From assembly GCA_002269645.1 (NCBI GenBank), contig NIVC01000209.1:62001-126000 (forward strand): a DNA stretch of 64,000 nt. Direction: 5' to 3'. Origin of the DNA: Macrostomum lignano. Lineage: Eukaryota. Shown here one piece after another: positions 57,441 to 64,000 of the stretch. Made by a program: the position numbers and the translations under genes. Below the pieces are notes generated by a model. The model saw only the letters and a program-made list of their open reading frames with translations. It ran no database searches and was not told the DNA's origin. The first letter of the stretch is position 1. Each line of letters begins with the position of its first letter.

Positions 57441-57924
57441 AGGACGCAACACTCGAAATCTATGGTAAATGTTTTGAAGGCAACTTTTCGCCGAAAAATA
57501 CACTACAGAGATGAGAGGTTTTAATTTCTTTCAGAACAAAATTTGTTATTGCTTTTGATAGGAGGCAGATCCAGGTGTTAATCTTTTGATATGTTGTGCC
57601 TTTCTTATTGCTCTATCGATATTCATAAAGCTTTTCGTCCAGAAATGGTTTTAAAGGCAGGTTTCACCGGAAAAATACACTACGGAGATAGGAAATTTCA
57701 CGATTTTCAACACTAAAACAGTGATTGGGTCTCTTAACAGTGTCAGAGAAAGTCCTAATCACACTATTTTGTGCCTCACACTCAGCTGCTCTAACGACGC
57801 ATTAATCGATTCTTCATGTTAAATTGGTCTGTCATTATTTTAAACGTTTTTTTCAAGTGACAGACAAATTAACAGGAAAAATTGCCTTCAAAACATTAAC
57901 CATAGATTTCGAGTGTAGCGTCCT
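57441..57924. mobile_element. MITE-like element with ~48-bp imperfect TIRs
   Basis: AGGACGCAACACTCGAAATCTATGGTAAATGTTTTGAAGGCAACTTTTC versus GAAAAATTGCCTTCAAAACATTAACCATAGATTTCGAGTGTAGCGTCCT; internal direct repeat GAAAAATACACTAC.GAGAT. Confidence 0.7.
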
Positions 57925-60917
57925 ATATCTATGTTACCTGAGTAGTCCTTGGCTGGTACATTGAGTTCCAGGGTCATACGATTCAACCGAGGAGCCTACT
58001 TTGAAGGATTGTAATAAAGAACTTTAACTAGTCGAAATGCTAAACTTCTGAAGCATCCCACCTGTATCTATCTGCCTTTTGAAACTCCTTTTAAGACTTG
58101 TTGTCTACTTGTTTTGGACTTGCTTGATCTATCTAGTCTAGAGACTGTAAAACATCTATCCTATAAGAGAAAATTAAAATCACGGAACACAAAATTCGAT
58201 GTATTATTTGCGCTGATTTGAGTTCACTTTTGTGCAACAGTTTATATATTATTGATTGGATGAAATCAAACCCAGGTTAAACACACTGCCCAATGACGCT
58301 GACAACAGAAGAGATCTGGGAAGCAGCAACACACAAAAGCAAAAAAACAGCTGATGCCCAAAAAAGGAAGTAGACAATATTAATATAGTCAGTTGAAATA
58401 AAGTAATATAGCCAAGCATCGAGTAGGTAAACTAGACAAGCGACTCGCTTCTGCATACTACTCATAGCAGCATTGATCGCATGATGGGTGTAAAAAAGCC
58501 AATTTTTTCCGCAACAAAGACAGCCAGAGTAAGAATAGGGATTATGTTTTAAATAAAAAGAGAAGCCGCCCAAACACCTTTAGTAGAACAGAAAAAAGCT
58601 GGATAAACACAAGTTTAGTTAGTTGTGCGCAATGCGAGTGCACGAGTTTTATTTTTTAAATCTATTAATATGCATTGTGCCGTGCTCAAATTAAACAGAT
58701 TCAGGAGGGATCCAATCAATATACGTGATTAACAACAATGTCAATACAAAGTCTTTTGTATTATTATAATTATCTTACAAATTAATAATAAAAACATAAA
58801 ACAACAGAATTAAAAACCAGATATATATATGCGAGCATAATTGTGAGAATATCCGGATTAGAAGAGCAACAATGCGATTAGATATCATAATAAGCAAAAT
58901 GGGCCACAGCGAGAACAGATTAACTAGCTCATACTAATCAGGGGAAGATTAGGAAGTCACATCAAACTAAAAAATTCCAATATTCGAATATCAATAAGCT
59001 GTAACAATAGTAACAATTATTGAAAAGCAAACAAACTACATAGACGCGGAAAAGCAAAACTCACAGATTGAATCTATTCTTCTATTCAACGATTTTTAAA
59101 TATGAATTCATAATCCTGCTGACAGACACGCAAGGTTCTTATTGCACAAGAAGCGTTAGTTTTAGTCAAAATCACAGATACTAGAATAAATAGTTGGGTC
59201 ACTTAGTGAAACAGCTTTCTACTTTCAGTTCAGTAGCAAAGAAGAATACTATAGCTATTTTATAAGATAAAGGCAGCTGAAACGACTGATAAGTTTAGAA
59301 GCCCAAAGCTTGCAGGCGTAAACAACTTGCTAATTGGTTCAGCAATAATGTACATTGGCCAGTCCACTGAAATGTACATTGCAGCTTTAGGCTGGAATTC
59401 CGAGAAAAGCAATAAAAATTGGGGCAAGGTAGAGGGGGTAGAGTGGAAAGGCGCGGTTGAACGGTTTAAGCGCGGGGGTAAGAGCCAATAAATGAGCCTT
59501 GGCTTTAAATAAAAAATACACTAAAAAGCTTCGGTTTAACTTACTACTGAACTGAAAGTAGCTTACACGCAAATGTGATGAGTGGTCCATCTAGTTATTG
59601 TTGTATATGTGGTTGGAATAAATTTGTAATGAGACGGGCTTAGAGAATTAATTATTAATATTATCTCATAGGTCGGGTAACAGCAGCAGAACAAGCAGGC
59701 GACGCCCTGGCTCAAGCAGAAGCGAAACAGTTGCTTGGTCAATTACACACGAAAGATTTTATAACCGAAAATGTTTCACGATCCAAACTTGAGCCGGGCC
59801 ACTAGGAGCAGAAGCGCACAGCCGTATGTTTTAATAATAAAAAGCAAGATAGATATTTAGGCAAGCAAACGTAACAGCAGTTGTGTGTGGTTGTCTGTAA
59901 TTAAGTAATAATTATCGATTTATAAATATCCGTTAACTAGAAGCTCTATATGAGTAATGCGATTGTGCCAGCAACATGACTTGTTATTTATTAATATATT
60001 ACTAAAGTGAGAGATTCGATAGACTTTTTTTATATAAAATTGCCACAGAACAACAGAAGATAGTTGAATTACTAGGGAACTATTACAAAGCATTCTCAGC
60101 ATACTACTAACAAACAACAGAATAAGTAGGCCAGTTTCGAATTTTTTATCACTTTAGGCCAGAAAGTGTGTTTCGCGTTATTTTGTGGCAGGCAAAGCAA
60201 AACACCCATGTTTATTACATAGTTAACATAAACCAGTAACCTAATACATAAAGTTTAGTAAGCCTAACAGTATGCTGTAGTTGTTTATGATAGAATTTAA
60301 GTAGACACAGATAAACAGTTAAATTAGAAAGACAAAAAACACAAAATCTCAGGGGAGATGCTCTATCCTTATAGATGTATAGAAAGGAAAGTCAAAGTAA
60401 AAATAGTTAAACACTTCAGTAATATTATATATTGATTAGTAAAATGATCTTAGAAATGTGATATATACGTACTATAAATATTTATAAACTCAGAAAGCTT
60501 TACTGCGTATATAAATAAGCAGGTGAATGCAAACAATATTATTTATAGGTAAGACCATTTCTTTCGGCTGTCTTTTAACAAACAAAAGGACGTGGTGTTC
60601 TAACTAAAAATGATGGTTATGCCCATATATAAATTAATATTATGTGTAAACTATTAAAGAAAACTATTATTTGGGTGCTGGGAACTACCTGAATGCAAGT
60701 AGCAACCAACACTAGCTGAATGAATGCGGGTAGCAACCAACACTAGCTAAATGAATGTGGGTAGCAACCAAATATATATTATTTATTATCAGCATAACAC
60801 ATTAACAGAAAAAACATCTAAGATACTAAGACAGCTCTTTTGCAGATGAATAAATCAAAAATGTAAGATGTGATGTGTGTTAACTTAGTCTCAGCTAGCA
60901 GAGCCTAGGCCCTACAA

Positions 60918-63702
60918 TTAGACCATAGGAGAGGCCCCAGCAGGACGCGGCTGTCCACCGCCGCCGATAATTTTCTTGGGAATCTTCGCCCCGCCGCCGC
61001 CAAGTCTGCCGCCAGGATTGGCGTTCTTGTTCTTGATGACCATCTCCTTGATGCGGTCAACCTCAGCCTGGTAGCGCTTCCTATCTCGCATAGCGCTCTC
61101 CTTGGCCTCTTTAAGCGCCGATTCCAAATCCTTGACGCGCTGAGCTGTGGCTTTCAATCGTTTCTCCATTTTGGGCACCTCGCAGCGCAGATCGGCATTG
61201 TCCCTAACTAGCTGCTTGTGCACGTTAGTTAGCGAGTCCAGATTCTTCTCCAAGAATAGAATCTTCTGCTTCTGGGCCAGGGAGCCGGACGGTTCCTCGT
61301 CTTTCTCGTCTAGATCGCCGCTCTTCTTGATGCGCTGCTGCAGATCTTGGACAAACAGTTTGCGCAGCTGGTGCAGAGTGCGCAACTCTTTGAGCACAGT
61401 GTCCTCAAGGCCCTGCAGGTCCTGCCTAGCCTGTTCGTGCCGCTCCGCCTTGCGCTCGAGCACACTGATTCTAGCCGTCAAATCTTCGGCTCGCTTCTCA
61501 GCCTCCGCTTTGCTCTCGGAGATTTGCGTATTCAAATAATTCAAATGAGTATTCTCTTCTTTGAGCTCTTCGAGTTTACGCTGCCGCTCGTGCAGATCGT
61601 CTCGCAGTTTGTGAATCTCATCTGTTAGCTGGGAGCTCTGCGATTTCACAATAGTCTCCAGCATTTTGTCCATCTTAGTTTTCAGCTCTTCCGAATTGGC
61701 GGCCGAGACTCCGCGCTCTTCAAGCATCTGGGCGAGCATTTGGTCTTTGGTGCGCAGCTCGGACAGTTCGGCATTGACCCGGTCCAGCTGCGCCTCCTGC
61801 TGGTTGCGCTCCTGCTCAATCTCGCCAATCCTAGCCGTGAGAGTCTCAACTCGAGTCTCCGCCTCTTTCAGCTTCAATTTGGCATCGCCGAGCTCCGCCT
61901 CGGCCTTCTTAACCCGGCCGCTATCGCTGGTCCGCTCGCCCTGTAGGTGATCGACATGCGAGCGAAGGCTAACAGCCTCCGACTTCATCTTGGAGATGTT
62001 CAACCGGAGCACGGTGAATTCTTCTTCGATTTTGTCGGCGCCGCAAAACGACGGCGAGACGATGCCAAGAGAGTCGGCCAGTTCGGCGAGCTCCTTCAGC
62101 AGGGAGTTCATCATCTCTACCTGCTTCTTCTTGCTAGTGGACACAGTGTCGCGCAGTTCCTGCAGTTGGCCCTCTTTGACGCTGTCGGCGGCGCGTTGGC
62201 GCTGCAGCTCCTCCTGCAGAGTCTCATTCTCTTGCACCTGTTGTGGCATCATTTTTGTAGGGAGGACAAAACGGATTAGCTTGGGAGTTGAACAGTGAAC
62301 ACGAATGGGGATAAAAGACGCTTTTAAGGTAGCTTCCTATAAATTTTCAAAATCTGTCTCACAAGGTACAGTATTGGCGCGCTTGTATGTACTCAGGAGT
62401 CAGTGGGATGGGCAGAACTGCCTCAGCGCCTGTCGAAATAGAACTATAGAACTACATGGCGCAATCCTACACTCATAGGGCTTCAATAGGCTATCTGCTA
62501 TTGCTATCTGGGGGATGCTTGCTATCTGCAGGATGCTTGCTGTCTGGGGGATGCTTGCTGTCTGGGGGATGCTTGCTATCTGCAGGATGCTTGCTGTCTG
62601 GGGGATGCTTGCTGTCTGGGGGATGCTTGTTATCTGCAGGATGCTTGCTATCTGGGGGATGCTTGCTATCTGGGGGATGCTTGCTATCTGGGGGATGCTT
62701 GTTATCTGCAGGATGCTTGCTATCTGCAGGATGCTTGCTATCTGGGGGATGCTTGCTATCTGGGGATGCTTGCTGTCTGGGGGATGCTTGCTATCTGGGG
62801 GATGCTTGCTATCTGGGGGATGCTTGCTATCTGGGGGATGCTTGCTATCTGGGGAATGCTTGCTATCTGGGGGATGCTTGCTATCTGGGGGATGCTTGCT
62901 GTCTGGGGGATGCTTGCTATCTGGGGGATGCTTGCTATCTGGGGAATGCTTGCTATCTGGGGGATGCTTGCTGTCTGGGGGATGCTTGCTATCTGGGGAA
63001 TGCTTGCTATCTGGGGGATGCTTGCTATCTGGGGGATGCTTGTTGTCCGGGGATGCTTGCTATCTGGGGGATGCTTGCTGTCTGGGGGATGCTTGCTATC
63101 TGGGGAATGCTTGCTATCTGGGGAATGCTTGCTATCTGGGGGATGCTTGCTATCTGGGGAATGCTTGCTATCTGGGGGATGCTTGCTGTCTGGGGGATGC
63201 TTGCTATCTGGGGAATGCTTGCTATCTGGGGAATGCTTGCTATCTGGGGGATGCTTATTTTATTATAGAAACAATAATAAAATAAAAAACGGTACATTCC
63301 TACCTTCTCAGAAAGTTCATTATTCTTTTGATCGTAGCTCATAGCCAGCTCTTCCAGAGCCTGCAGAACCTCTTTCACTTCGGCTTTAGAAGCCTCATTC
63401 TCGCCTTGGATTCGAGTCAAATCGTTGAACATTGAGTCGTTCTCAGCTTTGAACTTCTTGCTCATCTCGTCCTGCTGTTTGAGCTGATTCTCCAGTTTGC
63501 TAATCGCCTGTTGCAGCTTATTAATCTCTTCGTCTTTCAGATCCAACTCGGCGTAGAGCTCTTCCACCTTGTTCGGATCGTCGCTGGCGCTGGTGCGGGA
63601 GGGGAGGCTGGCGGGCTGCAGGATAGGGGCCGCGCTCGAGCCGCCCGCGGCTGCTGGCGTTCCAACAGCTGAGTCGGGAGCTTCGAAATCGGCGTCTGTG
63701 AC
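60918..63702 (-). CDS. KHC: Kinesin-1 heavy chain (stalk and tail); 5' part beyond the window end
   Basis: Exons 63702-63304 and 62237-60918, phase 0. KDEEINK, EVKEVLQALEELAMSYDQK, QARQDLQGLEDTVLKELRTLHQLRKLFVQDL, LVRDNADLRCEVPKMEKRL, RDRKRYQAEVDRIKE match recalled KIF5/KHC motifs. Confidence 0.95.
62495..63255. repeat. 19-bp minisatellite in kinesin intron
   Basis: (GATGCTTGCTATCTGGGGG)n. Confidence 0.95.
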
Positions 63703-63744
63703 CTGCGGAGGAATTCAATTAATTTAGTTAGTGCGGCCAATAGA

Positions 63745-64000
63745 CAGTGGGTGTGAAAATAGAGACACTAGAGGTGGGAAGAGACATTAGAGTGAAAACA
63801 GAGACAGTGGAGTGAGAATAAAGGCAGTGGGTGAGAAGAGAGACAGTGGGTGAGAAGAGAGACAGTATGGTGAGAATAGACAATAAAGTATAAATAAAGA
63901 CATTGGAGTTAGAAGAGAAAGGTGAGAATAGAAACAATGGGGTGAGAATAAAGGCAGTGGGTGAGAATAGAGACAGTGGAGTGAGAATAGAGACAAAGCG
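63745..64000. repeat. Degenerate purine-rich repeat in kinesin intron
   Basis: GAGAATAGAGACAGTGG-like units. Confidence 0.7.

Noticed and set aside
56902-60117. Short ORFs between the plus-strand gene and kinesin
   Set aside because: AT-rich, no coding bias, no recognisable motifs or consistent splice pattern.
62456-63344. Cys/Leu/Gly repeat ORFs
   Set aside because: 19-bp minisatellite in the kinesin intron.

Overview
Eukaryotic (metazoan) genomic DNA with GT-AG introns, GC-rich coding exons and AT-rich spacers. The style (a private minisatellite in most long introns, ORFs starting at a splice acceptor without an ATG) suggests a free-living flatworm such as Macrostomum; this is inference, not proof. 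I reconstructed 11 protein genes by hand, 10 on the minus strand: ABCB8 (partial), an unknown mitochondrial-looking membrane protein, BORCS8 with a long tail, eIF5A, topoisomerase II, FAH, a basigin/neuroplastin-like Ig protein, a divergent ionotropic glutamate receptor, an F-box protein and kinesin heavy chain (partial). The plus-strand gene is an uncharacterised beta-rich protein. The window also holds about 20 tandem-repeat arrays, nested TIR DNA elements with TSDs, hAT-type MITEs and two decayed non-LTR RT copies. Highlights: (1) the iGluR appears to carry a cytoplasmic PNPase-like S1/OB-fold (RNA-binding) domain, visible only after splicing across a minisatellite intron; (2) three genes have no usable ATG and begin in phase 0 at an AG acceptor, consistent with the start codon coming from a flatworm spliced leader ending in AUG, within a 7-gene co-oriented operon-like run; (3) tandem repeats that amplify splice junctions themselves; (4) inverted minisatellite arms flanking a terminal exon. 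All homology calls come from recalled motifs; no searches were run.
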